This document shows, one piece after another, positions 30,228 through 40,470 of a DNA stretch of 64,000 nucleotides. Numbering within the stretch: the first letter of the stretch is position 1; each line of letters starts with the position of its first letter. The translations under genes were made by a program, and so were the position numbers. Under the pieces are notes generated by a model. That model ran no database searches, was not told where the DNA came from, and was given only the letters and a program-made list of their open reading frames with translations. Source of the stretch: Ostreococcus lucimarinus. Its lineage: Eukaryota. The stretch is taken from NCBI GenBank assembly GCA_000092065.1, contig CP000600.1; one strand, 5' to 3'.

Positions 30228-31550
30228 ATGACGGTCGCCGAAGCCGTGCCGCCGCCCCCGAAAGCGAACCAAAGCCAACGCGGCGCGTCCTGGCGCGCCG
30301 AACACCGCGAAGCGATCCTGAAGGGCAGCGCGAGGACGCACGTCAGCGACGCTTCGCCGACGGTGATCGATTTCTTGACGAACGACGACGCGCTGGTGGG
30401 ACCGAGGAAGTGGTTGGGCGCGGCGACGCGCGCGGCGACGGGGGACATTTTCGGCGTCCCGAGTCACGCGCGACGGGTGCTCAAAGTGAGCCCTCGAGCG
30501 GGGACGGTCGAATTGATCGGTGACGAACTCACGCCGACGCACTTTAAATTCCTGCGCGGGATCGATGGGAAGAATGGGAAGTGTTACGGTTTGCCGGCGT
30601 GGGGCGAGGGCGTGTTGAAAATCGACGCCGAGACGGGAGAGACGAGCATGATTGGAAAGTTGCCGGGAGACATGAAGTGGCAGTGGCACGGCGGTTCGTT
30701 AGGTCGCGATGGAGCGCTGTACGCGGTGCCGTGCAACGCGTCGTCCGTCCTGCGGGTGTGCACGAAGACGGAGGAGGTGAGTTTCATCGGCGGCGACGTG
30801 ATTTCGCCGATGAAGAATAAGTGGTACGGCGGCATTCAAGCGCCGGATGGTTCGATTTACGGCGTGCCGTATTGTTCGGATAAAATCATACACATCGTTC
30901 CAGAGACACAATCGGTGGAGATGCTCGAACTACAAGGAGCGACTTTGGAGCCGAATAGCTACGCTTGGCACGGCGGAATCTTAGCGCCAAATGGCTGCAT
31001 TTATTGCTTTCCCAGTCACGCTCGTCGCGCGATGAAGATTGACTGCGCCACGCGCACGTGCACGCTCATCGGCGACGATCTCGGAGACAAGCGGTACAAA
31101 TTTGGCGGCGGATGCGTCGGCCCCGACGGCGACTCGGTGTACGCGTTTCCGAGCGATTACAAGGCGGTGCTGAAAATCGACACGAGAACCGACCAGACTT
31201 CTTTAGTGGGCGAAGGACTACCCGGAATGCTCCCAGACTTGCTTAACAAGTGGCAAAACGGTGTTCTCGCGGGCGACGGTTACATATACGGAATCCCGTG
31301 CGACGCACCGTCTGTGATCCAAATCGACCCCGGGACGGATTCGGTGCACTTCCTCGGCAACCTGGGCGACTTACCCGACAAATACCAAGGCGGTTTCTTA
31401 AATCGCGACGACGGCGTCGTGTACTGCATCCCCGAAAACGCTGAAAACGTCATGCGCATCTGCCCCGTCGGCAGCGACGCGCACCCACCGCCCCGCAGCG
31501 GCTTCGATCACGACGCTCGTCCCGAAAGTCGTCGCGCGGCGGCGTTGTAA
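30228..31550 (+). CDS. uncharacterised protein with eight tandem repeats of about 45-50 aa (W-x-GG...DG-x-IYGVP...VLKID), putative beta-propeller
   Basis: Eight consecutive units, e.g. KWYGGIQAPDGSIYGVPYCSDKIIHIV / AWHGGILAPNGCIYCFPSHARRAMKID / KWQNGVLAGDGYIYGIPCDAPSVIQID. Start set at the in-frame ATG 30228 (MTVAEAV); the ORF track begins at 30138. Confidence 0.6.
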   Translation: MTVAEAVPPPPKANQSQRGASWRAEHREAILKGSARTHVSDASPTVIDFLTNDDALVGPRKWLGAATRAATGDIFGVPSHARRVLKVSPRAGTVELIGDELTPTHFKFLRGIDGKNGKCYGLPAWGEGVLKIDAETGETSMIGKLPGDMKWQWHGGSLGRDGALYAVPCNASSVLRVCTKTEEVSFIGGDVISPMKNKWYGGIQAPDGSIYGVPYCSDKIIHIVPETQSVEMLELQGATLEPNSYAWHGGILAPNGCIYCFPSHARRAMKIDCATRTCTLIGDDLGDKRYKFGGGCVGPDGDSVYAFPSDYKAVLKIDTRTDQTSLVGEGLPGMLPDLLNKWQNGVLAGDGYIYGIPCDAPSVIQIDPGTDSVHFLGNLGDLPDKYQGGFLNRDDGVVYCIPENAENVMRICPVGSDAHPPPRSGFDHDARPESRRAAAL

Positions 31551-31555
31551 CTAAA

Positions 31556-33769
31556 GTGTGGTTTCTGAGCCACTTCCCGTTATCCCTTCGCGCGTCTCCG
31601 CAGACGCGCGCGCGCGACCGCACGTGCGCGCCGGCGCGTCGACGCCGATCACGCGCGCGCACCATGCTCCCGTCCTGGCTCGCCGGGAGCTCGAGCGATG
31701 AGTACAGCGGCGACGAAAGCGAAGGCCCGCGATCGCCGTCGAGGTTGAAACAGATCGGTTCGACGGTGAAACACGAGGCGAAGGACCGCCTGACGAAGCT
31801 GGCGCGAAGCGGAACCGCGAGCACGGCGGTGGATGGACTCACGGATTTCATCGCGGACCCGAAATCGCACGCGGCGGCGACGAAGATTGGAAATTTGAAG
31901 GAAAAGTCCAAGACGCTGTGGACGAACGCGATGCGGGACGACGAGGCGAAGATTGAAAGGACGAAAAACGCGACGAAAAAGGCGCTGGAGATCACGGAAA
32001 AGTTATGCGTGAACGCGGATCCCGATGGTGAAGTCGCGCACACGTTTGCGGACGCGGCGAGACGGATGAAGGATATCGTGGATACGGGGAAAAACCGCGA
32101 AGAGGTGCTCGAGCTGAGCAAGACGCTGGGGAAGGATGTGTGGGAACGGTTGAGCACGCGAGCGAAAGGAAACGAACACTTCACCGGTATGCGGGGAACC
32201 GTGGAAAGGATCGTGAACAGGGTGAAGGGGCTGATGCAAAAGTTGCAGGATGAAAAGATGAAGCGAGACGAGGAGGCGGCGATTTCCGCCGTGTTAAACA
32301 GCGAGGCGGCGGTCGACGAGATTGATTCGCGGCTTAAGACGTTGGCCGAGGAGAGTAAAGATGTGTGGAGTGATTTAAAGGCGGATACGCAACTTAGAGC
32401 GTTGATTAAGGAGGAAGTCGTGCCGGGCTTCGAGCGTTTGATTCGCGGAGCGGTGCAGGTTTCGTGCGAGCTCATGTCCAAACTCGAACTCCCGCGCGTG
32501 GACGGGGTGTACGATTCCCCGATCGGATCGGTGTGTTATCACGTAGATAACGTGCACTTCACCGAGTTCCACGTGTCCAAAGAGTCGTTACGGGTGATCA
32601 ATCACATGGATGAGGACGAACTCGGCGCTGGCTTGAGCACGACGGTGGAGGTCAGAGACATAAACACCGTCATGCAAAATGTGGAGTTCGCGTATTGCGA
32701 ATTTCCGCGAAACTGGGGGGTTGTGGACGGTGAAGGATTATGTACAGTCACAGTGGACGGCGCGAGCGTGGGAATTTCGTACGAAATCATCATCAACACG
32801 AATCAGTTGATGAAACTCGTGAACCAAGGAGTCGAGTTGGCCAAGGACGACGGGAAAATTGCGGAGATGAGAGAGAAGATTGAAGCCAAGATGAAGGAAC
32901 GTAAAGAGGCGAAAGAGCGAGAGGCGGCGCGGGCGCAGGCGGCGAAACCGGCGGCGACAACACCCGTTAAAATCGAGAAGTGCGCGTCAATCGATTCGGA
33001 CCGCGAAGAGTTCGGTTCACCCACGGGAGAGGTTGATGCGCTAGGTTCCGCGCTCGATCGCGCGTTTGGTGGTGGTATGTTCAGCGACGCGCACGACGAT
33101 GTAGACTCGCCGCCGTTATCGCCGACGTCGCCGACGTTTCACGACGCCACGGACGACGCTCGTATCTTGGGGGCCAAGGAAAAGCTGATTCGCAATCGCA
33201 AGGTGGTGAGTGAAATCTTAGGTGACGACTTTTTGGGCGAAGAACCCGTGTTAGAGCTTCGCGTACACACGACGCACATCTCAGTCGGCGAGCTGGACGT
33301 GCAAATTAGCGGCACGTCCGCGGCGTGGTTGTACAACATGATTGCTCTCGTCCTGACGCAACAGCTTCGCGGAACGATTGAGGAGAAAATCAACAACATA
33401 ACGGTCAAACAGCTCGCGCGAGTGAGCGGTGCCGTTTCCGCGTACAGCGCTGGTCTAATTGAGGTTTCCATCTACCAAGACGACGAATCGGACGACGACA
33501 TCGGCTCGATGTTATCCGGCGTCACGGGCTCGCTTCGCGAGAATCCGGGCGTCTGGGGCGAAGACTGGAGATGTTCGCACTGCCCAGGTGAAGCCCCCGA
33601 ACACGTCGAAGCGCGACGCAAGTTTGGTTCTCGATCGCATTCAAAAGCCTCTTTCGAGGGTTTGGACGAAATCGTCGAAGAAGCTGACGCGATCGAGCGC
33701 GCGGAGGCCGCGCGCCGGTCGCTCGAAGACGAGGACGTCGACTGGCACGACATCGCGAGTCCGATGTGA
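31556..33769 (+). CDS. hypothetical protein with an N-terminal coiled-coil region, two predicted beta-rich domains and an acidic C-terminus (TULIP/BPI-like lipid-binding fold is only a guess)
   Basis: 737-aa ORF of balanced composition; first ATG MLPSWLAGSSSDEY is about 108 nt in; beta-rich blocks (VYDSPIGSVCYHVDNVHFTEFHV, LCTVTVDGASVGISYEIII, LELRVHTTHISVGELDVQISG). Confidence 0.5.
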   Translation: MWFLSHFPLSLRASPQTRARDRTCAPARRRRSRARTMLPSWLAGSSSDEYSGDESEGPRSPSRLKQIGSTVKHEAKDRLTKLARSGTASTAVDGLTDFIADPKSHAAATKIGNLKEKSKTLWTNAMRDDEAKIERTKNATKKALEITEKLCVNADPDGEVAHTFADAARRMKDIVDTGKNREEVLELSKTLGKDVWERLSTRAKGNEHFTGMRGTVERIVNRVKGLMQKLQDEKMKRDEEAAISAVLNSEAAVDEIDSRLKTLAEESKDVWSDLKADTQLRALIKEEVVPGFERLIRGAVQVSCELMSKLELPRVDGVYDSPIGSVCYHVDNVHFTEFHVSKESLRVINHMDEDELGAGLSTTVEVRDINTVMQNVEFAYCEFPRNWGVVDGEGLCTVTVDGASVGISYEIIINTNQLMKLVNQGVELAKDDGKIAEMREKIEAKMKERKEAKEREAARAQAAKPAATTPVKIEKCASIDSDREEFGSPTGEVDALGSALDRAFGGGMFSDAHDDVDSPPLSPTSPTFHDATDDARILGAKEKLIRNRKVVSEILGDDFLGEEPVLELRVHTTHISVGELDVQISGTSAAWLYNMIALVLTQQLRGTIEEKINNITVKQLARVSGAVSAYSAGLIEVSIYQDDESDDDIGSMLSGVTGSLRENPGVWGEDWRCSHCPGEAPEHVEARRKFGSRSHSKASFEGLDEIVEEADAIERAEAARRSLEDEDVDWHDIASPM

Positions 33770-33813
33770 GCGTCGTCCTCCGAGTCAACCTAGCATGTTA
33801 TTGAAATCGTAAT

Positions 33814-35304
33814 TTGAATTCACTTCGCATCGCGTCGGTTCCGTCGCCGTCGCGCGCGCGTCACCAACCTTTTCGAACGTCGTCGCCTCTCGCGCCAGTC
33901 GTCGCCTCTCGCGCGATGGCGAAGCGATCGGAACCGAAACCCGCGAACGCGGAGGACAACTCGCAGACCGGTAAAATCGCCATCGTCGCCCTCGCCGCGC
34001 TCGGTTTAGCGATCAAGTCTCGCGTCGCGCGCTCGAAAGCCGACGCCAAACCGTTCGTCACGCGTTTACCGACCGCGACGAACTCGACGCCCGGCGCGTC
34101 GTCGAGCGTCGATAAGAGCCCGTCCGGTCGCGCGTTGCGCTCGCCGTTGCGTCCTCGCGACTCCTCGACGCGTGATCACGCGGCGGAGGGTTTGGCGTTG
34201 ATCGAGCTCGAGGCGCGCGGCGTCGCCGTCTCGGTGTCGCCGTTCGGCGCGACGATCGTCTCGCTGCGCGCGGCGCGGCGCGGGGACGCGGACGAGAAGG
34301 ATGACGTCGTTCTCGGGTTCGATGATTGCGAGAGTTACGATGAGGTCGAGGGAAGGCCGTATTTTGGTGCGGTGTGTGGACGGGTGGCGAATCGAATCGC
34401 GCGCGGGGAATTCGCCGTCGGCCGAAGGACGCACACGCTGGCGAAGAATAACGGGGAGAATACGCTGCACGGCGGGACTTCGGGATGGGATCGTAAGCGG
34501 TGGACGGTGGAGGATCAAACGCGAAGTAGTGTGACGTTGAGTTACGTGAGCGTCGATGGTGAAGAAGGGTTCCCGGCGAACGTGAAGATGTACGTGGTGT
34601 ACTCCGTCGTCGGATTCGGCGAACGCGTCGAACTCGAATGCGACGAAGACGCGGGCGAGGTGAAGCTTTGCGTGCGAAATTGCGCCGAGGTGACGACGAA
34701 GATGACGGCGACGGCGGATGCGATGACACCAATTTCCACGGTGCAGCACACGTACTTTAATTTGAACGGACACGCGTGCGGGGAGGATTGCTCGTCGCAC
34801 GTCGTCGAGATGCCGAATTGCGACCGGTACGTCCCGGTGAACGAGGACACGCTGATTCCCACGGGCGAAGGTTTGCGCAAGGTGGACGGCACGGCGTTTG
34901 ATTTACGTTCTCCGACACCGATGTTTGAGAAATCGAGCGAAGGCTACGACAACACGTTCGTCATCGCCGGCGCAGACGCGACGAGACCGACGAGCGAACT
35001 CCCGCGCGCGGCGCCGCGATTGGCGGCGCGCGTCACGTGCGAAGACGCCGGACGCGTTTTAGAGGTTTTAACGGACGCCCCGGGCGTGCATTTATACACC
35101 GGCAACTTTCTCTCCGAGAATATGGTCGGGAAGAAGAAGGAACGCGCGCGATACCGCAAGCACGGCGGATTCTGTCTAGAGACGGGCTGGTTCCCCGACG
35201 CCGTCAATCAGCACTCGAAAATCGGCGCCTCGTACCCGAGCGTCATGGTCAACCGCGGCGACACGTACTCGCACACGCTAACGTACCGACTTTCGAACAT
35301 TTAA
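33814..35304 (+). CDS. aldose 1-epimerase (galactose mutarotase family) with an N-terminal extension
   Basis: GFDDCESYDEVEGRPYFGAVCGRVANRIARGEFAVGRRTHTLAKNNGENTLHGGTSGWDRKRWTV, HTYFNLNGH, ...GGFCLETGWFPDAVN are the mutarotase signature blocks. Confidence 0.85.
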   Translation: MNSLRIASVPSPSRARHQPFRTSSPLAPVVASRAMAKRSEPKPANAEDNSQTGKIAIVALAALGLAIKSRVARSKADAKPFVTRLPTATNSTPGASSSVDKSPSGRALRSPLRPRDSSTRDHAAEGLALIELEARGVAVSVSPFGATIVSLRAARRGDADEKDDVVLGFDDCESYDEVEGRPYFGAVCGRVANRIARGEFAVGRRTHTLAKNNGENTLHGGTSGWDRKRWTVEDQTRSSVTLSYVSVDGEEGFPANVKMYVVYSVVGFGERVELECDEDAGEVKLCVRNCAEVTTKMTATADAMTPISTVQHTYFNLNGHACGEDCSSHVVEMPNCDRYVPVNEDTLIPTGEGLRKVDGTAFDLRSPTPMFEKSSEGYDNTFVIAGADATRPTSELPRAAPRLAARVTCEDAGRVLEVLTDAPGVHLYTGNFLSENMVGKKKERARYRKHGGFCLETGWFPDAVNQHSKIGASYPSVMVNRGDTYSHTLTYRLSNI

Positions 35305-35324
35305 TAGGGAATTACACCACGCTA

Positions 35325-36008
35325 TCAGTACGAGAAGACGTAGAAGCGCAACAAGAGCGTCAAAAATACTACGCCTACGAATATCGCGAGCGGCATGTAC
35401 TTTTGAATCAGCGCCTGTCTACTCAAATCCCTCGCCCTTTTGCTATACTTTTTGCTCGCCGCGCTCAAATTCCCGCTCATCGCGCTCACTCGATCCAAAC
35501 CCTCGCCCTGGGCCATGATATCGTTGATATTCCTCGTCATGATTTGTTGTATATCCGCCAAATCCGTGTTCAACTTGTTTAAATTCCTCTGCGTGCGCGC
35601 GTCGCTGTACAGCGCCTTGGTCCTCTGTATGAAGGTATCAAACTTTATGAACGCGTACGGTCGCGCCACCGCGTCGACTTCCCGTCCATTTTGTCTCGCA
35701 AACTCCTGTTGCAGCTCCTCCAGGTACTGATACGCCAACTTTTTCGGGTACGTTCGGTCGCACACGCACAGGTAGCACACGCCGTCGTCGACGACGTAGT
35801 GCATCAAGTGTTCGCCCGTCTCGATCGTCATCCGCGACGGCGGCGGATTCGGCGCGGGTTCGCCCAGCTTTTTAAACAGCGCCTTCGCCTGTCGCTTGCA
35901 CGTCTCGAGCGCGCGCGACTCGACGTCACCGTTCGACGTCGAGGCGTCGAGCGATTCCGCGAGCGGTAATCCATCGTTCGCGCGCGCCAAGAGCGTCAGT
36001 TTCACCAT
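35325..36008 (-). CDS. SEC22: vesicle-trafficking R-SNARE SEC22 (longin domain, SNARE motif, TM)
   Basis: MVKLTLLARANDGLPLAESLD...HLMHYVVDDGVCYLCVCDRTYPKKLAYQYLEEL (longin), NLNKLNTDLADIQQIMTRNINDIMAQGEGLDRVSAMSGNL (R-SNARE), C-terminal TM. Only the last 227 codons of ORF 35325..36950 are used; the upstream part is R-rich artifact. Confidence 0.9.
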   Translation of the reverse strand: MVKLTLLARANDGLPLAESLDASTSNGDVESRALETCKRQAKALFKKLGEPAPNPPPSRMTIETGEHLMHYVVDDGVCYLCVCDRTYPKKLAYQYLEELQQEFARQNGREVDAVARPYAFIKFDTFIQRTKALYSDARTQRNLNKLNTDLADIQQIMTRNINDIMAQGEGLDRVSAMSGNLSAASKKYSKRARDLSRQALIQKYMPLAIFVGVVFLTLLLRFYVFSY

Positions 36009-36344
36009 CGTTCGCCGCGCTCGAGGCGTCGACCGACCCACGGGCGCGCGTCGCGTCGATCGTCGAGCGATTCGCGCGCGATTCGCGTCGCGGAGTGTCG
36101 CGGCGGCGGCATTTCCGCGGCGCTTCCGCGGCACTTTGCGTCGCGAAACGCATTCGTTCGCAGCGTGGACGCGATGAGCGGCGAAGAGGTGCGCGCGAAC
36201 GCGACGCGCGCGCGCGCGAAGGGTGAACGGTTTGGCGACGCGCGGGGCGGTCGAGCGCGCGCGAGAACGCGCGCGAACGCGACGAAGGACGAGGAAAGAC
36301 TGACGATTTGAGATCTGCCACAGTACAACCCATTTCTGAATGAC

Positions 36345-37268
36345 TTGAACGACGCCGACGTCGAGCACGACGCGGGATTCGGACCCGAAGGCGCGTTTGC
36401 GGGGATGTCGTCGTCGACGGCGACGGCGAAGAGCGATGACCCGCGAACGATGGCGGAGAGTGGGAGCGTGTTCGGAGGGTCGGCGAGCGCGAACGCGCCG
36501 GCGGCGAAGGAGGCGACGCGCGGGTCGATACGCGAGGACGGAGGGAGCGCGTCCGCGAGCGCGTCGGGAGGGAGTGGGATGGCTTCCGCGTTCGTCGGTG
36601 GGACGAGCGATCCGAACGCGGAGGCGCCACAGCGGAGACGCGGTTGGATTTTTAGCGTTTCGTATTATCAGCAATTTTTCGACGTCGATACAGAGGAGGT
36701 GACGAAGCGCGTGTCGAGCGTGTTCACGTCGCCACATAAAGGAACGTTTTTGGACGATGTGGCGGGAAATCCTGATCTGTACGTGCCGATTTGGGGGAGC
36801 GCGACGTTGGTGTTCTTCACCGCGCTTGGAAGCGCGTGGGGCAAGTTTAACATGCGTAAGAGCGAGGGCTGGTCGTTCGACGCGAAGTCGGTGAGTTTGA
36901 GCGCGGCGTTGATTTATGGGTACGTCTTCTTGTTCTCGCTCATCGTGCACATGACGTTAACGTGCTACGCGCGCGTCGACAACTTGCGCGTCACCGACGT
37001 GTGGTGTCTGTACGGGTACAGCATTCTCGCCTTCATACCGGTGTGCATCTTAGCCACCGTTCCCGTTGAGTTGTTCCGGTGGTTATTCACCGGCGCGTGC
37101 GCCGCGTTGAGCACGTTGTTCCTCATGTCCAACGTTCGCAAGCGCGTGTTATCGTCGAGCAAAGGCACGACGTTTGCCGTGAGTTTCGTGAGTTTCATCG
37201 GCGCCGCGCACTTCGCCTTTGCGTTGATTCTCAAACTCTTCTTCTTCCAGTATTACTTCGGGCACTGA
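36345..37268 (+). CDS. Yip1-domain family protein (YIPF)
   Basis: RRGWIFSVSYYQQFFDVDTEEVTKRV...FLDDVAGNPDLYVPIWGSATLVFF plus five TM helices are typical of the Yip1/YIF1 family. The track start at 36345 is a TTG; the first in-frame ATG is at 36405 (MSSSTATAK). Confidence 0.8.
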   Translation: MNDADVEHDAGFGPEGAFAGMSSSTATAKSDDPRTMAESGSVFGGSASANAPAAKEATRGSIREDGGSASASASGGSGMASAFVGGTSDPNAEAPQRRRGWIFSVSYYQQFFDVDTEEVTKRVSSVFTSPHKGTFLDDVAGNPDLYVPIWGSATLVFFTALGSAWGKFNMRKSEGWSFDAKSVSLSAALIYGYVFLFSLIVHMTLTCYARVDNLRVTDVWCLYGYSILAFIPVCILATVPVELFRWLFTGACAALSTLFLMSNVRKRVLSSSKGTTFAVSFVSFIGAAHFAFALILKLFFFQYYFGH

Positions 37269-37285
37269 TTAGCCACTCACAGCGT

Positions 37286-37290
37286 TGTAA
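37286..37290 (+). promoter_or_regulatory. TGTAA putative polyadenylation signal
   Basis: 18 nt after Yip1 stop 37266-37268. Confidence 0.45.
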
Positions 37291-37382
37291 TCTCATAGCG
37301 GCGATTAGAATCGATCGACCCGCGTCGTCATCTCGAGTCGGCGTCTCGAGTCGGCGTCTCGCGCGTCGCATTCCTCATTCCT

Positions 37383-37470
37383 ATGCGTGCCCGTCTCGCT
37401 GGACTCGCGCGAACGCTCCCATCACCGCTCGCGCGCGCGCACGTCACTGCGCACCACCACCTCCGCGCCG

Positions 37471-37501
<31 letters not shown>

Positions 37502-38312
37502 CAAACGTTGTCCCAGAGCTTTGTCCCCAAACCTCGCGAGCATGGGCAATCGTTCGTCCTCGACGTGGGACGCCACGCAAACGCAAGAAGACTTCATGCG
37601 AAACGACCGCGTGATCGTTGTTTCGGCCGCGGATGACGTGCTCGGGAGCGAGACGAAGGAAAACGCGCACAAGTTCATCGAAGGGTCGTCGACGACGCCG
37701 CGCGGGACGCTGCACCGAGCGTTTAGCGTGTTCCTGTTCGATGACAGCGGACGGTTGCTGCTGCAACAGCGCGCGGCGAATAAAATTACATTTCCGAGCG
37801 TTTGGACGAACACGTGCTGCTCGCATCAGCTGACGGGACAGAAACCAGATGAGATGGACGACGCGTCGGCGATCGCGAGCGGGGCGTGCGACGGCGCGAA
37901 ACGCGCGGCGACGAGGAAATTGAAACATGAACTCGGTATCGACGCCAAGGACGTGCCGACGGAGAGCATCAAATTTTTGACGCGTTTACATTACTGCGCC
38001 GCGGATGAGTTCGCCGAGAATGCGAATCAACCGGTGGGAGGGACGTGGGGCGAGCACGAGATGGACTACATTTTGTTTGCGAAAATCGCGCGCGCGGGCG
38101 AGTCGTTGCCGATGGCGGTAAACGCGGAAGAGATCGACGACACGAAGTGGGTGACTGCAAGCGAACTTAAGGCGATGATGGACCAGTCCAGTGGGTTGCG
38201 ATGGAGTCCGTGGTTTAGGATCATCGCCGAGAAGTTCTTGTATGCGTGGTGGACCGACTTGGACTCGCTCGACAAGCACGTCGACGTCGAGACGATTCAC
38301 AAGGTGATGTAG
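37383..38312 (+). CDS. IDI: isopentenyl-diphosphate delta-isomerase type 1 (Nudix) with a Ser-rich transit-peptide-like leader
   Basis: HRAFSVFLFDDSGRLLLQQRAANKITFPSVWTNTCCSHQ, ...ELGI..., WGEHEMDYILF match IDI1 catalytic motifs; the leader contains poly-Ser10. Confidence 0.9.
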
Positions 38313-38602
38313 ACGAGAGGTGCGTATTTTCTTCGAATGACAACCGCGTGCTTCTTCCTTTTTCAATCTTATGCTTGCATCTCGATGATGACAACTGTGA
38401 CGGGCGGACTGCACGGGGTGATATCCGGATGAACGATTAGTCCTAGCGTTAACTCACGAGTGCGCTCCTGAGAGATGTACGCATAAGTTTTTCTCCTTTC
38501 GCGCGTTCCGCTCGCTCGCGCGCGCGTTGCGAACACTGACGATTGTTTTCATCCTCTTTAGATTATTAGCTAGCATTAGCGTTACAGCGAGTTGATACAT
38601 TG

Positions 38603-40429
38603 TTAAACAAATTTGCTCCCAAACAACAACGAGGCGTTTTCGAGCGTCGCTCTTCCATACGCGTCGAACGTCACATCTAATGCGACGCACCCGGCGTTGC
38701 AGAGCTTTTGATTGATTAATTTTTCGAAGACCTTACCCTTGTTGTGAGAGTTTTCGATTCTGGCCGCCTTTGGAGCGGCCGCCAACGTGGACGGCACAAA
38801 GGGAATATCGTCCGGGCCGACGGTACTTCGCTGCGGCACGGCGAACGGGTCGCTCGACGTCGTCGCGGGCGCCGGCGTGAATGGATCCTTCGACGCTTTA
38901 AACGCGTCGAACGGATCGGGCGATACACGAGTCGCACCAGAACCACTGATGCCAGCGCCGTCGTCAGCTTTCGGGATGATTTTTGCGACGAGCTGTTGAA
39001 GAAACAGCGAGTGTCCGACTACGATGACGGCGTCGTCCGCGTCGTGCAGTCGCATCGTTTCCAGAAAATCGTAAATGCGAGCCTCGACGTCTTGCGCGTT
39101 GTCTGAATCCGTCTCGCTCGTCCACCACTGACCGATGGCATCGTTTGGGTCGAACGCCATGCCAGCACCGAGGCGAGAGGCGGCTTGATCGTTGACGATT
39201 TCAGCCAACTTTTTCTTCGCGCGATCGAGAACTCCATCGCCTTGCTCGATGCCGACCGTGTCCAGACCTCCCACGCCTTTAATCTCTCGAATAGATTGTA
39301 AACACACCTGTCTCATCACACCTTGCACCGTTAACGGGTGGCTTTGAAGCATAAAGCACGCCGTCTGCACCGCGCGCGTCAGCGGTGAAACGTAGCACGT
39401 CGTGCAACGCCCGTACGATTCGCACAACTCTGAACCTTCGTTTTCCGCGACCATCAACGATGGCGATCGAGATTTTGGCGACGACGGCGAAGACGGCGGG
39501 CTCATCGTCGGCGGCGAAGTACTCGTCACGTTGGCGTGCACCAACACGCCCGCCTGCGCCTGCGAACACGCCACCGCGGCGCGCCCCCCGAGCGCCTGCG
39601 CCTGTTGCACCCCGAACAAGGTCAGCGGATGATCGAATCGCATCATGTTCGCGATGTTAATATCTCTCTGCGCCTCATTCCACTTGCTCTCGCCGTGACG
39701 AACGTAAAATATTCGTTTCGACGCGCGCGTCTCGGCCAAGTCTCGCGTCCTCAACGCGACGTGCACCGTCGCCGGCGACGTCGCGCGCTCCAATTTATCG
39801 TACATCGGCACCGCCACCTCCGCGCCCTCGTTCGCCAGCGCGTGCTGCACCGAAACCTGTCCTCGCGCGATCAACGTCGCTCTCTCCACTCCCCTCGCGC
39901 CGTCGCCCGCGTACAAATCGACGCACAGCGCGTCCCCGAACCGCGCCTCGCACCGCAAATCCCGCGTCGTGTTCCACACCGGCGCCCTCGTCCTCGTCGA
40001 TCGGCTCATCGTCTGCGCTCTCCGTCCCCTGCACGCGCCGTCGCCGCCGATCACCCGCATCGCGACGAACACCCGATTCGCCGTCGTCCCTCGCGTCGTC
40101 CCTCGCGTCACCGTCGCCGCCGTCGTCCGCCGTCGCGTCGCGTCCTCCGCCGCGTCGTCCGCGTCCGCGTACCGCCCCGTCTCGCGCGTCGGCGTCGCCC
40201 GCTTCGTCCCTCGTCGCAGCGCGCGCTTCAGCAGCGCGCCCGGCGTCGTCGCGCGCCGTCCTTCGTCGTCGTCGTCTCGCGTCGTCGTCCCGTCGTCGTC
40301 GCTCGACGCGCTCGCGCGCGTCGTATTCGCGTCGTCGCCGTCCGCGATCGCCGTCCGCGACAGCGCGTCGTTCAGCGCGTGCGTGCGCTCGATGAACGAT
40401 CGACGCAGGCCGTCCCAGGACGACTTCAT
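38603..40429 (-). CDS. histidine-phosphatase superfamily (phosphoglycerate-mutase-like) protein with a long low-complexity N-terminal region
   Basis: RHGESKWN (IFYVRHGESKWNEAQRDINIANMMRFDHPLTLFGVQQAQALG) plus a downstream VIVVGHSLFLQQL-type second His block. Start set at ATG 40427-40429 (MKSSWDGLRRSF), 41 bp from the divergent GNAT gene. Confidence 0.7.
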   Translation of the reverse strand: MKSSWDGLRRSFIERTHALNDALSRTAIADGDDANTTRASASSDDDGTTTRDDDDEGRRATTPGALLKRALRRGTKRATPTRETGRYADADDAAEDATRRRTTAATVTRGTTRGTTANRVFVAMRVIGGDGACRGRRAQTMSRSTRTRAPVWNTTRDLRCEARFGDALCVDLYAGDGARGVERATLIARGQVSVQHALANEGAEVAVPMYDKLERATSPATVHVALRTRDLAETRASKRIFYVRHGESKWNEAQRDINIANMMRFDHPLTLFGVQQAQALGGRAAVACSQAQAGVLVHANVTSTSPPTMSPPSSPSSPKSRSPSLMVAENEGSELCESYGRCTTCYVSPLTRAVQTACFMLQSHPLTVQGVMRQVCLQSIREIKGVGGLDTVGIEQGDGVLDRAKKKLAEIVNDQAASRLGAGMAFDPNDAIGQWWTSETDSDNAQDVEARIYDFLETMRLHDADDAVIVVGHSLFLQQLVAKIIPKADDGAGISGSGATRVSPDPFDAFKASKDPFTPAPATTSSDPFAVPQRSTVGPDDIPFVPSTLAAAPKAARIENSHNKGKVFEKLINQKLCNAGCVALDVTFDAYGRATLENASLLFGSKFV

Positions 40430-40470
40430 CGTCGAATTGTGACGGTCTTCGCGTCGCAACGAGACGCGCG

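Noticed and set aside
31450-32481. 343-aa minus-strand Ser-rich ORF
   Set aside because: Antisense to the well-composed plus-strand gene 31556..33769; poly-Ser/Phe composition is typical of antisense reading of GAR-rich codons.
35325-36950. 541-aa ORF taken at full length
   Set aside because: Only the last 227 codons (SEC22) have protein-like composition; the first 314 are R/A/P-rich and run through the divergent promoter toward Yip1.
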